From: Bacteroidales bacterium
Lineage (GTDB): Bacteria; Bacteroidota; Bacteroidia; Bacteroidales; VadinHA17
DNA length: 61,424 nt
Assembly: GCA_003141525.1 (NCBI GenBank)
Contig: PLML01000190.1
Span: 8,165-69,588 of the forward strand
Direction of reading: 5' to 3'
The stretch's first letter is position 1. Each line of letters starts with the position of its first letter. The position numbers were made by a program, and so were the translations under genes. Of the stretch, positions 44,927 through 55,249 are shown one piece after another. Under the pieces are notes generated by a model. It did not search any database and had not been told where the DNA came from. It saw only the letters and a program-made list of their open reading frames with translations.

Positions 44927-46393
44927 ATGAAGAAAGTTTGTATATCAATTCTGGTGGTATTTTTCACTTCAAGCATATGGGCACAGCCATTACCAGTCAA
45001 ATTAAAACACACCGTCATTATTGATACTGATTGTGGAATTGACGATATGCGTGCCATAAGTTTGTTGCTGGCTCGACCTGAGATAACCATAAAAGCAATA
45101 TTAACTTCTGATGGGTCATTATCTCCCAAGGAAGGTGTTGAAAAAATCAGTTCTCTGTTATATGAATTCAACAGAAATAATATTCCCGTAGCTTGTGGTG
45201 ATATCATTAAAGGGATTAATCCCCCATGGCGAGAGTTTAATAGGAATATTATTTGGGGCAGCCAAACTGGTGGTCATAGAACAGATTTAAATGCAACGGC
45301 TTGCCTTTCAGAAACTTTACTTAGTGAAAATGAAAAAATCATTCTGGTTTGTCTTGGTTCACTAACGAATGTTGCAAAGGTGATAAAAAAAGATGCGACT
45401 TTGTTATCAAAGATTGAACGGATTATCTGGTATAACGAATCTGCAAAACCATTACAGGGATTTAACTATGAATGTGATAAGGAAAGCGCAAACGAACTTT
45501 TCAAATCTACCGTGAGGATTGATGTCATTTCAAACCTGAATATGGATAACGCATTGTTCGATTCTTCCATGTATGCAGTTTGCAAGCAATCGAAGACCCA
45601 ACTTGCCGCTGTCTTACGAAATGTTTTTAGTCAACCATTAGCTCTTGAAAAATTGCAACAAAATCATTTCAAGTTATGTGACGACCTCGTGGCTTTATAC
45701 TTAACAAATCCCGAATTATTTGGCATCAATACCGATATGGATAAATTAAATATAAGATACAATAAAGAATATGACCTTCAGGGTGTCACAGAAGCAACCA
45801 GCGATATGATAAAAGGAACATATATTTCGGAGCGTAGCGTAGTATTTAACAGGTTTCCTATTCAACGTGAAATGTTTAACTATGATATTCGACCAATTAT
45901 TGATTCTGCCATTGCACGTTATGGATATGACGAATGGAAAGCTAACGTGATGACTGATGAGTTTCATGGGCACTTAGGAGTGTTTTCAATAGTAGGTGCT
46001 AAAATGGGTATTAAAGCACGTGAATTGTTTGGTGTTGGTGCCGACATGCTTGAAGTGACTACATACGCGGGAACTAAACCCCCTTACAGTTGTCTGAATG
46101 ATGGGATACAGGTAAGTACAGGTGCAACTTTAGGAATGGGGACAATTCATCTGGCTGCACGTAGCAAAACCAAACCATCTGCTATTTTTACATATAAAAA
46201 TCGTTCCATCAGAATTAGTCTCAAAAAGGAATACCTTGAACAGGTAGATGCTGATATTAAAGAAGGGATTATGAAATTTGGATTAATGGACGATGGTTAT
46301 TGGAAACTTATTCGCCATAATGCATTAAAATACTGGCTTGAATGGGATAGAAATAAAATTTTTGATATTGAAGAAATTAGTCAAAAAAAATAG
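44927..46393 (+). CDS. Secreted fusion protein: inosine-uridine-preferring nucleoside hydrolase-like domain plus C-terminal FmdE-like domain
   Basis: Signal peptide, the IUNH aspartate cluster VIIDTDCGIDDMRAI, and C-terminal DEFHGHLGVFSIVGAKMGIKA...STGATLGMG resembling FmdE-family motifs. Confidence 0.7.
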   Translation: MKKVCISILVVFFTSSIWAQPLPVKLKHTVIIDTDCGIDDMRAISLLLARPEITIKAILTSDGSLSPKEGVEKISSLLYEFNRNNIPVACGDIIKGINPPWREFNRNIIWGSQTGGHRTDLNATACLSETLLSENEKIILVCLGSLTNVAKVIKKDATLLSKIERIIWYNESAKPLQGFNYECDKESANELFKSTVRIDVISNLNMDNALFDSSMYAVCKQSKTQLAAVLRNVFSQPLALEKLQQNHFKLCDDLVALYLTNPELFGINTDMDKLNIRYNKEYDLQGVTEATSDMIKGTYISERSVVFNRFPIQREMFNYDIRPIIDSAIARYGYDEWKANVMTDEFHGHLGVFSIVGAKMGIKARELFGVGADMLEVTTYAGTKPPYSCLNDGIQVSTGATLGMGTIHLAARSKTKPSAIFTYKNRSIRISLKKEYLEQVDADIKEGIMKFGLMDDGYWKLIRHNALKYWLEWDRNKIFDIEEISQKK

Positions 46394-46439
46394 TGCCAAT
46401 TACAAATAATCTTACAGTCCTGACTGAAATCTAAGAAGA

Positions 46440-46922
46440 ATGTTAAAAATCTTAATTCTCCCGATCTTATTAATTTTCCACCCTGTTCATGTTACACTGA
46501 CAAGCATTGACCAGATTCAGGGTAGCGATTCCATGAAAGTTTTTTATAGGATGTATTATGATGATTTTTTACGGGATTATAATTTATACGACCCTAACTG
46601 TAATCTTGAGAAACTATCTGTAAATGAGTCCTTCCCTGCTGATCTGATAATCAAATATTTTAATGATAAAGTTCATATCTACGTAAATAACAAACTACTG
46701 ACTGGCAAGGTATTGAGTGAGAACATTCAAGACAATGAAATCTTCCTGAAACTGCTTTATTGGTCAGATAAAGACCCAAAGAAGATCAAAATCACGAATA
46801 AGGTTTTGACTGGATTATACAGCGATCAGACAAATATGATCTTTATCAGTATAAACAAAAATGAACAGGCAATGAGACTTACTCCTGAACACGATAAGGA
46901 AACTTGGTCATTTTATAAGTGA
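46440..46922 (+). CDS. Small conserved hypothetical protein (paralogue A)
   Basis: 160 aa, roughly 40-45% identical by eye to the convergent 46990-47469 product (HPVHVTLTSID / HPNHVTMTSID, LTGLYSDQTN / LTGWYSDQSN, LTPEH). Confidence 0.6.
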   Translation: MLKILILPILLIFHPVHVTLTSIDQIQGSDSMKVFYRMYYDDFLRDYNLYDPNCNLEKLSVNESFPADLIIKYFNDKVHIYVNNKLLTGKVLSENIQDNEIFLKLLYWSDKDPKKIKITNKVLTGLYSDQTNMIFISINKNEQAMRLTPEHDKETWSFYK

Positions 46923-46989
46923 GTCTGTCTCCGTCAGGATAATTTTCAATAGGGTTGTGAATGAAAACATATCAAAAAATTACACATGT

Positions 46990-47469
46990 TTATTTTATAT
47001 TGAAAGTCTCCTCATTATGCTCTGGAGTTAGTTTTATTCCTTTCTCAAAATTGATTACCCTAATTATCATCAAATTTGACTGATCACTGTACCACCCTGT
47101 AAGAATCATATTCCTGACAGTTATACTCTTTGGCTTTTTATCTGACTTATATATCAAATTCAGTATGATTTCATTATCCGTGAGATTCGCACTTAATAAC
47201 TTCCCGATCAGCAGTTTCTTATTTACATATATAAACACTTTTGAATTAAAGTACATATTTATCAGGTCAGTAGGAAAGGGCTGCTTACTAAATATTTTAT
47301 TCAAATTTCTGTCATCGTCTATTGTCTGTAAATCTTTCAAAAAATCATCGAATTCCATACTGCAAGAGACTTTTAATGAATCTGTACCTTGAACATAGTC
47401 AATGGAAGTCATCGTCACATGATTCGGGTGCATGATCAGCCATAATGAGATAGCTAAGGCTTTTAACAT
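46990..47469 (-). CDS. Small conserved hypothetical protein (paralogue B)
   Basis: 159 aa, the inverted paralogue of 46440-46922. Confidence 0.6.
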   Translation of the reverse strand: MLKALAISLWLIMHPNHVTMTSIDYVQGTDSLKVSCSMEFDDFLKDLQTIDDDRNLNKIFSKQPFPTDLINMYFNSKVFIYVNKKLLIGKLLSANLTDNEIILNLIYKSDKKPKSITVRNMILTGWYSDQSNLMIIRVINFEKGIKLTPEHNEETFNIK

Positions 47470-48005
47470 TTTTCTACAGTTCTGGCAATTATTTTTAAAT
47501 ATGCGCAGTAATTTCTTTATGCAAGTTACATAAGTAACCAGTCAAAGTTAATTTTATTTTGGATGGTCGATACTCAGGATTTCAGCATGCAAAGTAAGTA
47601 CTAAGTAATTCACTAATACATTTGATGATGAATATGATTATTATCTCCCTTCCGATACTCAAAGTATATCCTACACCTATGCGTTCCTTATAAAACAGTA
47701 ACATCCTAAACACTTCTGGACTATTTGGTCTAGAAAATCGGGTACTGTAATTAACTATTATACTAATATACAGACATATAGACGTATTTCCTCATTATCA
47801 TTATTCTTCAGTATTTAAGAGATGAGGAGTAAAAAAGCGGCATCTCCTATTGTGGAATAAATATGTCTCGCTGCTTGCTACAGTAAGTAGCTATGAAGGA
47901 CATACCGTTGAGATCACATTGAGGAATGCACCAAATAATAATTTTTACTGCTTCTCCCTGATTATAATGTTGTTGCTGATTTAATAATACTCTGCTTTAT
48001 TACGA

Positions 48006-48446
48006 TCAAAGGTTAAGTTGTCTTTCAAGAACAAGATTTCTTTTTTTTGAATACTCAAGCAGGAATTCATAGATTTTCGTTTTCTCATTTTTCTCTAAAG
48101 ATTCAAGGCTTAATTTTACCGATTTCTTCCCCTTCCTGTTAATCGATACAAATAGTCTGGCAAGGATTATCTTTTCAATTTCAGAGTCCTGAATGACAAT
48201 TTCCCTGACCCAGTTTACCCATTTGATCTTCAGGCAGTTTTCACTTGATCCGATGTGGGATTTATCTGATCTGATAAAAAATAAGATTACCCACAACAAA
48301 ACAATAATAATTAACTTCAGTAAATCAGATAGATTAACTGAATCTTCGGACAGAACAAAGAAAAGAATGATCAATAATAAAAGTAAAACCAGCATCGCTA
48401 TTTTGACAAAAGTCTGGATCTTATATTTGAAGACTAAGTTCTCCAT
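48006..48446 (-). CDS. Orphan small membrane protein (two N-terminal TMs plus a ~80-aa soluble tail)
   Basis: The ORF has two clear hydrophobic helices. No family recognised. Confidence 0.45.
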   Translation of the reverse strand: MENLVFKYKIQTFVKIAMLVLLLLLIILFFVLSEDSVNLSDLLKLIIIVLLWVILFFIRSDKSHIGSSENCLKIKWVNWVREIVIQDSEIEKIILARLFVSINRKGKKSVKLSLESLEKNEKTKIYEFLLEYSKKRNLVLERQLNL

Positions 48447-48714
48447 ATCAGTATAAATTAGTTGAAATTTAGGTCCTATTATTCAATATACTATAAAGTT
48501 ATTCAAAATTTAAGAATCAGAGAGTTTGTGATTAACAAATTCAAAGACAAAACCGATTTGCTCATAAAACTCTTATATAATTGATTCTATTGAAATTAAA
48601 GCCATATCTATTATTATAATGTTATAGTCTCCTTACAAAATTTAGTACTGCTAAGCATATTTAAAAGGAATAGCTTATCAAAATGCCTCGGTTTAATCAT
48701 TCCCTGTAAATACC

Positions 48715-49095
48715 TTGATCCTACAAAGCGGGATTGAACTTGTAAAATCCAAAGAGACTGGGAGCTATTATGCCACTTCAAAGAGAGCTTCGATAAGCTC
48801 TACTTTTGATGATGCTACTTGTCAAAATCTTATTGGGCAACAGATACCTGGTTCTATCCAGAAGGTTGTATCTGAGCCCTATGAATTCACCAATAAAGTA
48901 ACTGGTGAAGTACTTACTCTTAATCAACGTTGGGTTTATCTCAAGGAGGGTGAGACTATTGAGGAAAAGGTTATTGCAGATTCAATGCCAAGTTTTGCCA
49001 GTATTACAATAAGCTGTGCCTCTAAAGAAGGTAATTTAATACCAAAATGTGGCGGTGAATATTATGCTGTATTAAATGAACTTGAAGAAATTTGA
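48715..49095 (+). CDS. Doubtful ORF, or a gene fragment without an ATG start
   Basis: Protein-like composition, but the frame opens just after a TAA at 48694-48696. The only candidate start is TTG at 48715. Confidence 0.3.
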   Translation: MILQSGIELVKSKETGSYYATSKRASISSTFDDATCQNLIGQQIPGSIQKVVSEPYEFTNKVTGEVLTLNQRWVYLKEGETIEEKVIADSMPSFASITISCASKEGNLIPKCGGEYYAVLNELEEI

Positions 49096-49616
49096 ACGAA
49101 CCAATTAAATAGATCAAATTGCTCAGTGGAATAGGTGTTCAGGTTGCTCTCATTCTGTTGCATGTTGAAAATCTCATGTTTAATGTATACAACATAAATC
49201 GCAACCCTCATTATAGATTATTACGAGCCTACTGCAGCCAATTTAATACGGCAAATGTGGGTTTGTATAAAGCAAAATTTTATGACACCAATAACCCTAC
49301 TTCATATGCCGAAAATTTCCTCTCCTGCAGTCGGGCTCCTTGCTAAAACAGACTACCAGGCTGTTTATTAACGCTCGGCCCTTTGCAACGGCACTCGCCC
49401 GATTGAATTTGATTATAGTATGCCATTTTATAAAACAAATATTATATGGTCTATAATCTCAAGGTATAGGACCTTTGTGAAATAGTTGATTGAAATTTAA
49501 TTGTCTTTCTCTAAATCAAGTTGTAAATTTGATTTCGTAGGGATGTATGATAACAAACTTCATTATTATTAATCCTATAAACTATTTAGACACAACATAA
49601 AATTAGCAGACCAACT

Positions 49617-50186
49617 ATGAATATAAAAATGATAATAATTATTGGATTTTCAATCTCATATGGACTCTTTGAGAATCTTATGAGTTTAAGACAACGAAGA
49701 AAAAGTAATGTTACAAATTCAGGTGATAAGGGAAGTTTATGGTTATTATATATTTCTATTTCGGTTGGATATTTTTTATCATTTTCCATCGGTGCAACAA
49801 AAATAGGTAGGATTTATCATTGGGACGTTTTTTTTGTTATCGGAATGGTATTGATTGCAGTAGGACTAATTATCAGAATACTGTCAATATTGACTCTTAA
49901 ACAGTACTTTACATATTCAGTTGTACAAGTTGAGAATCACAAACTAATTGAAACGGGATTATATAAAAGCATTAGACATCCTGGATATTTGGGACAATTA
50001 ATTATTTTTTTAGGGATTTCGATTTCATTATCGAATTGGTTATCAATAGTATTAATGATGATTCCTATAACAATCGGATATCTTTATCGAATAATAACTG
50101 AAGAAAAATTTATGCTTGAGCAAATGGGAGAGAATTACTTAAATTATAAGCATCGGACAAAAAGATTAATACCAAAGATATATTAA
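49617..50186 (+). CDS. Isoprenylcysteine carboxyl methyltransferase (ICMT/PEMT-like) family membrane methyltransferase
   Basis: Polytopic, with the motif TGLYKSIRHPGYLGQLIIFLG typical of the ICMT family. Confidence 0.8.
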   Translation: MNIKMIIIIGFSISYGLFENLMSLRQRRKSNVTNSGDKGSLWLLYISISVGYFLSFSIGATKIGRIYHWDVFFVIGMVLIAVGLIIRILSILTLKQYFTYSVVQVENHKLIETGLYKSIRHPGYLGQLIIFLGISISLSNWLSIVLMMIPITIGYLYRIITEEKFMLEQMGENYLNYKHRTKRLIPKIY

Positions 50187-50252
50187 AATAAACTGTGCCT
50201 AATAACAGCATCTATAATTAATGTCTTTGCCAAGGTATTTGTAATTCCTCAC

Positions 50253-50306
50253 CCCAATTCCCCAATTATTATTAATTATTGTATAATCCAGTATATCAAT
50301 AACATA
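50253..50306. repeat. Copy A of a ~54-nt dispersed intergenic repeat
   Basis: CCCAATTCCCCAA...TTGTATAAT....TATATCAAT is colinear with 57671-57724 at identical spacing (40/54 identical by hand count). Confidence 0.5.
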
Positions 50307-50645
50307 CCTTTTAGCTACAATCCTATTTAAGGCCCCTACTAGCCATTCTAAGACACTATCGAATCCTCCATTCAACCATTAACGAAACGCAACATGGCCT
50401 TAAAACGCTTAATAACAGCTAATTAGGGCATTAAGGGTAGTTGTGCTATATCATAGCTATTTAACTGTCAATATATTGACTATGAAATTATGTAGCTTGG
50501 GACTTTGGGACCAGGTTTTCTCATTCCTACTTAATCACTAATTAAATCAACATGAAAACACAACAGACTAATATATCTGAAGTAAGACTATTCTATAGGA
50601 CTGACTAATCCTCCCAAACTAAGCCGCTAATCCGGACTAAACTGT

Positions 50646-51089
50646 TTATGGGATAAGTGTTTTTAGGAATGATTTTATATCAGGGTAGTTTTCAACAATA
50701 CGATAAACATCACATTCCCTGCAATTAGTATTTTTACAAATTGTTCCCTTTTCAGATGCGTCCCAGCAGGGATAAGCATCACTACGATAAGCCAGGCATG
50801 TTTCACGCTCCACTGTAGAACATTGCCGGATTGCCCAGCAGGGAATAACAGCCAGTAAAGTCCTGATCCCGGCAATATTTAATCCATCTTCATCCAGTAA
50901 TTTATGAATAAATCTTAGTCTCAGAATATCCACCTGAGAAAACAAGTTCCGGTTGGATTCTTTCTTAAAGGGTATTATCAATCCCTTATCTATGTATTGC
51001 CTTATTGAATGAACCGGAATGCCTGAAAGAGTGGAAGTTGTACTCAGGGTATAGACCGGGCTGGTACTCTCAATTGAATTATTCTCCAT
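50646..51089 (-). CDS. MerR-family transcriptional regulator with a C-terminal 7-Cys domain containing two CW motifs
   Basis: The HTH segment YTLSTTSTLSGIPVHSIRQYIDKGLI is MerR-like. The C-terminus is PCWAIRQCSTVERETCLAYRSDAYPCWDASEKGTICKNTNCRECDVY. Confidence 0.8.
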   Translation of the reverse strand: MENNSIESTSPVYTLSTTSTLSGIPVHSIRQYIDKGLIIPFKKESNRNLFSQVDILRLRFIHKLLDEDGLNIAGIRTLLAVIPCWAIRQCSTVERETCLAYRSDAYPCWDASEKGTICKNTNCRECDVYRIVENYPDIKSFLKTLIP

Positions 51090-51548
51090 AATTTTTTAAA
51101 ATTATCAAATTTATTTCATTCTAAAGATAAAATATCCAATCGCCATGTGAATATCAAAATTTAAAAACCCGGCATTATTTGCCAGTTTAAAGTATTCGTC
51201 TACAATAAATTAAACAACTTCTTCAAACAATAAATCAATAATGACTACCCATACGATTTTGTTGTTAATTTATTAACAGTATGATTTTCAGAAATTTATC
51301 ATAAAATGTTGTATAATTAAATAAAAAAAAGGTTATACATTTACAAATATATGAATTAATATGTACACATATTATGTATTTGACAACTCATTTTATATGT
51401 TTCAATGTTTTCCCGAATAATAAGTGTTCGGGTTGATCTCCTATGTTAATTAAACATATTCCACCCATCTGAGTTAATCCTGGGTAGAGAGTTTTTTATT
51501 GGTATTGTATACATGTCCATTCTAACTTTATCACAATGAACAGCTAAA

Positions 51549-51752
51549 ATGGCAAGCATTATTCCGGGTTACGAATACGACATTTTTATCAGTTACTGCC
51601 AAAAAGACAATAAAGGCGACAGGTGGGTGAGTGAGTTTTTCAGGGCTCTGATGACCAGACTCAAGTTTAAATTTAAAGACGAGTTCAGTCTTTATTATGT
51701 CCAATATCAACAAGATGGATTTTTAGAAACATGTGGCGTGAAGGCCTCACCT
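51549..51752 (+). pseudogene. 5' fragment (~68 codons) of a TIR-domain gene paralogous to 55250-57640
   Basis: MASIIPGYEYDIFISYCQKDN...DGFLETCGV aligns with MSSLISGYEYDIFISYRHNDN...DGLLETHNV. An identical 19-mer, CTAACTTTATCACAATGAA, lies 8 nt upstream of both ATGs. Similarity stops near 51752, and the open frame then runs into the susC start. Confidence 0.6.
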
Positions 51753-51819
51753 AATGAGAATCTAAATTACCCGGGTTTATTTCCATTAGAAAAATCAGTT
51801 CAAAATAATCCTGCTAAAT

Positions 51820-54047
51820 ATGAAACTACTAACATCGCTTCTGTTCGTATTGATAGTCAATACTTCAGTTGCAAGAACTTTGCCTCAGCAACAAATGATG
51901 ACTGGAACTGTGACCGATGCTACTACAGGCAACCTTTTGCCTGGCGTTAATGTATTAATTGAAGGTACTAAAACTGGTACGTCAACGGATCTGAATGGTA
52001 AATTCAGTCATCCTAAACCTTACGATGGTTCAGTAATCGTATTCTCATTTATTGGCTATGTGACTCAAAAAGTAACTTATTCCGGCCAGCCTGTGATTGA
52101 TATTAAACTATCTCCGAATATTCAGACCCTGGAAGAGGTAGTGGTAACCGGTTACGGCACACAAAAAAAATCGGATCTGACCGGTGCGATCTCAACTGTA
52201 AAAGCAAAGGAGATTGAAAAATCGACTCCTGTGAATATTGAGGCGGCCCTCCAGGGACGAGTGCAGGCTTGGTGGTAACCTCCAACTCGGGTGACCCGGG
52301 AAGTTATGGCACAACTATAACTATCCGTGGAATAGGTACAGTTAACAATAATAATCCTATTTATGTTGTTGACGGGATGCTGGTCGATGTCAGTGACCAA
52401 ACCAATCGTGCAAATAATATCAACTTTCTTAACCCATCCGATATTGCGAGCATTGAAGTGCTTAAGGATGCCTCGGCACAAGCAATTTATGGTTCGAGAG
52501 GTGCAAATGGCGTTACACTTATCACCACGAAAAAAGGTAGTGAAGGGGCACAAAAAGTGACATTCAGCTCCTCTTTTGGCTATGAAAGCCTGATTAGAAT
52601 CAATAAGCTTATGAATGCAAGTGAATTCAAAGATTAGGTAGTTACATCAAATTATACTGATTACATGCGTTCAGTTTCAAATCCTGATCCTCATGTAGAT
52701 CCAGATACTCTCGCAAATAGTAAACCTGTAGTTGCCAGGTACAATACAGGAGTCAACACAGACTGGATGAAGGAGATCCTCAGAAATGACAGGTTTAGTC
52801 AGAATTATGATCTTTCATTTTCCGGGGGTACAAAGGATTTTCATTACGGCGCAAGCGCAGGCTTCCTTGATAAAAAAGGTCTTATACAACTATCAGAATA
52901 TAAGCGTTACTCGTTTCGTCTGAATACAGATTACCAGGTGAGTAAATATATCACCCTGGGTGAAAACCTGGGTATTACCAGTTCACATCAAACCGGCTCC
53001 TGGTACATAACTAACATAATGAGTAGTACCATAAATTCAGATCCAACATTTCCTGTATTGAAGCCATCCGGGTCAGTTGATCCTGCTGACCCCGACTATA
53101 ATTTTAACAAATATGCTCCGATGGGGAATGGTCCCAATCCCGTTGCGACTATTCAGTTAGAAAATTATCCTCTGTCATATTTTACAATGGTAGGAAATCT
53201 ATTTGCTGAAGCTACAATTCTTAAAGAAATAAAGCTCCGCTCCAGCTGGGGTTTTAACATGGCCATGAACGATTTGACGCATTTTACCCCTAAATATTAC
53301 ATATCAAGCACCATTAATAATACTGTAAGTCAACTATCAAAAACTACAACTTTATCAAATGGCTGGGTTTGGGAAAATACTCTAAACTGGAATAAGAAGA
53401 TGAAAAATCACTTATTGACCGCATTACTTGGTCTTACATCGGAATACACAAAAATCACTGCACAATCAGCTTCTAAACAAGGGATCCCATCAAACGACCT
53501 TGAAATGCAAACGTTCGATGCTGCTACAACAGAACCTATAATTACAGGAGGGATTAATACATTTGCCATGATGTCATACTTTGGCCGCTTCAACTATTCA
53601 TTTCGCGACAGGTACCTGTTAACTGCCACAGTGAGAAGGGATGGTTCATCTAAGTTCGGACCCGGTTATAAATGGGGTATATTCCCGTCATTTTCTCTTG
53701 GATGGAAAATAAGTGAGGAAGAATTCTTCAAAAATTTTGCAGGGGACTTTATAAGCAACCTGAAACTCCGGGCAGGATGGGGTCAGATCGGTAACTCAAG
53801 TCTTCCGGTTTATAATGCTTATGCTTCGCAGCTTGTTTCTACTTCCTCCAGTGATGATTTCCGTTATAATTTCGGAGACAACATATACCATGGATATTGG
53901 TATAGTAGAGTGGGAAGACCAGATATTACCTGGGAAACCACTGAACAGACAAATATAGGTGTTGATATCTCGATACTTAAAAATGAATTATCAATAAGCG
54001 CCGATTATTATATAAAGAATACCAGAAATATGCTCTTGCAGATTCCT
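51820..54047 (+). pseudogene. susC: SusC/RagA-family TonB-linked outer membrane protein, disrupted by a frameshift, an in-frame TAG and a 3' truncation
   Basis: The N-terminus TGTVTDATTGNLLPGVNVLIEGTKTGTSTDLNGKFS and the plug VVVTGYGTQKKSDLTGAIS are SusC-like. The frame shifts at ~52262-52266, where ALQGRV continues as AGLVVTSNSGDPGS one base out of frame. A TAG sits at 52635-52637 in the continuing frame. Homology ends near 54045. Confidence 0.8.
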
Positions 54048-55146
54048 TCGCGCTATGTGCTTCTATCAACTTGTTACTGAATTCGGAGATGTTCCATTGG
54101 TAAATAAATTTCTTTATACTGCTGAGCTTAACCTGAAAAGAGCGCCTGCTGACAGTGTTTGGAAACAGATTGAATCAGATCTGAAAGAAGCAACAAACCT
54201 GCCTGCAAAAAGCGGCTGGAGTGAACCGGGAAGGGCTACATCAGGAGCAGCCTGGTCGCTTCTGGGCAAGGTTTATCTTACTAAGAAAAAATATGAGCAG
54301 GCCAATCATGCTTTTTACCAGGTTGTTAATTCAAATCAGTATTCGCTGGTCGGTGATTTTGGATTTATTTTCAGGCATGACGGGGAAAACTGTGATAAGT
54401 CAATTTTTGAGATGCAGACCAAGAATCATATTGAGAACGGAAGCCTTAATACTTTGGCGGCTGCATTCCGTTTGCCAAGAGACGATGGACAAGGTTGGGG
54501 ATTCGATTGCCCTACAAAGGACCTGTTGAATGAATTTGAAAAAGGCGATCCAAGGATTATCTACACCTTCATGTTCCCGGGGGATGTTTTTCCTTATGAT
54601 GGAACTAACACTTATACAGTTGAAAATACTAGTTCGCCTACGGGTTATAACAGCCGGAAAGATTGGTTACCAATGTCGGAAAGAGCGGATTTAAACTTAG
54701 GGGACTGGGCCATGAACTATAGATATATGCGTTATGCAGAAGTTTTATTGCTATATGCTGAATCCCTTAATGAAGTAAATAAGCCTGATTCAGCACTGTT
54801 ACTGCTGAATAATGTTAGGGCCAGGGCAAGGAATACCCCAACCGCAGATCCACAGAGAATTTCATGCATTTATGATCTGTCACATTCAGGTCCCTTGTTA
54901 CCTGATGTTACAACTATTGATCAGAGTCAGCTGAGACAGGCAATATGGCATGAGCAACGTGTTGAACTTGCTATCGAAGGTCATCGAAGGAACATGCTGT
55001 TGAGAACAGGCCAGTTCAAGGTTCGGATGGAAACAGCCAAGGCCTATGCTGGCGTCACAGTTGCGCCTTACGAATGGTTGCTGCCGATTCCCCAGCAGGA
55101 GATTGAGTTGTCGAATAATGTGCTGATACAAAACCCTGGTTATTAG
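54043..55146 (+). pseudogene. susD: SusD/RagB-family protein lacking its N-terminal part (no signal peptide or lipobox)
   Basis: FLRAMCFYQLVTEFGDVPLV, SIFEMQ and YAEVLLLYAESLNEVNK are typical SusD motifs. Only ~367 aa are present and the N-terminal lipoprotein signal is absent. It is fused to the susC remnant at ~54045. Confidence 0.75.
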
Positions 55147-55249
55147 AACTTGCTTAATCCTTTCCATCGGCAAGCCGTCAATCCAGTCCTGTTGAATTAA
55201 TTTGATTTATTCTTATTCTTTACTAACTTTATCACAATGAATTACTATC

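Noticed and set aside
50467-50480. Perfect 14-bp palindrome GTCAATATATTGAC between the convergent ICMT-like and MerR genes
   Set aside because: It is AT-rich, too weak for a terminator stem, has no T-run and lies downstream of both genes rather than in a promoter. It could be chance in AT-rich DNA. No target gene can be assigned.
51549-51950. 133-aa ORF read as an intact small TIR-like gene
   Set aside because: Only the first ~68 codons resemble the TIR paralogue. The remainder is out-of-frame read-through overlapping the susC start, so it is called a gene fragment instead.
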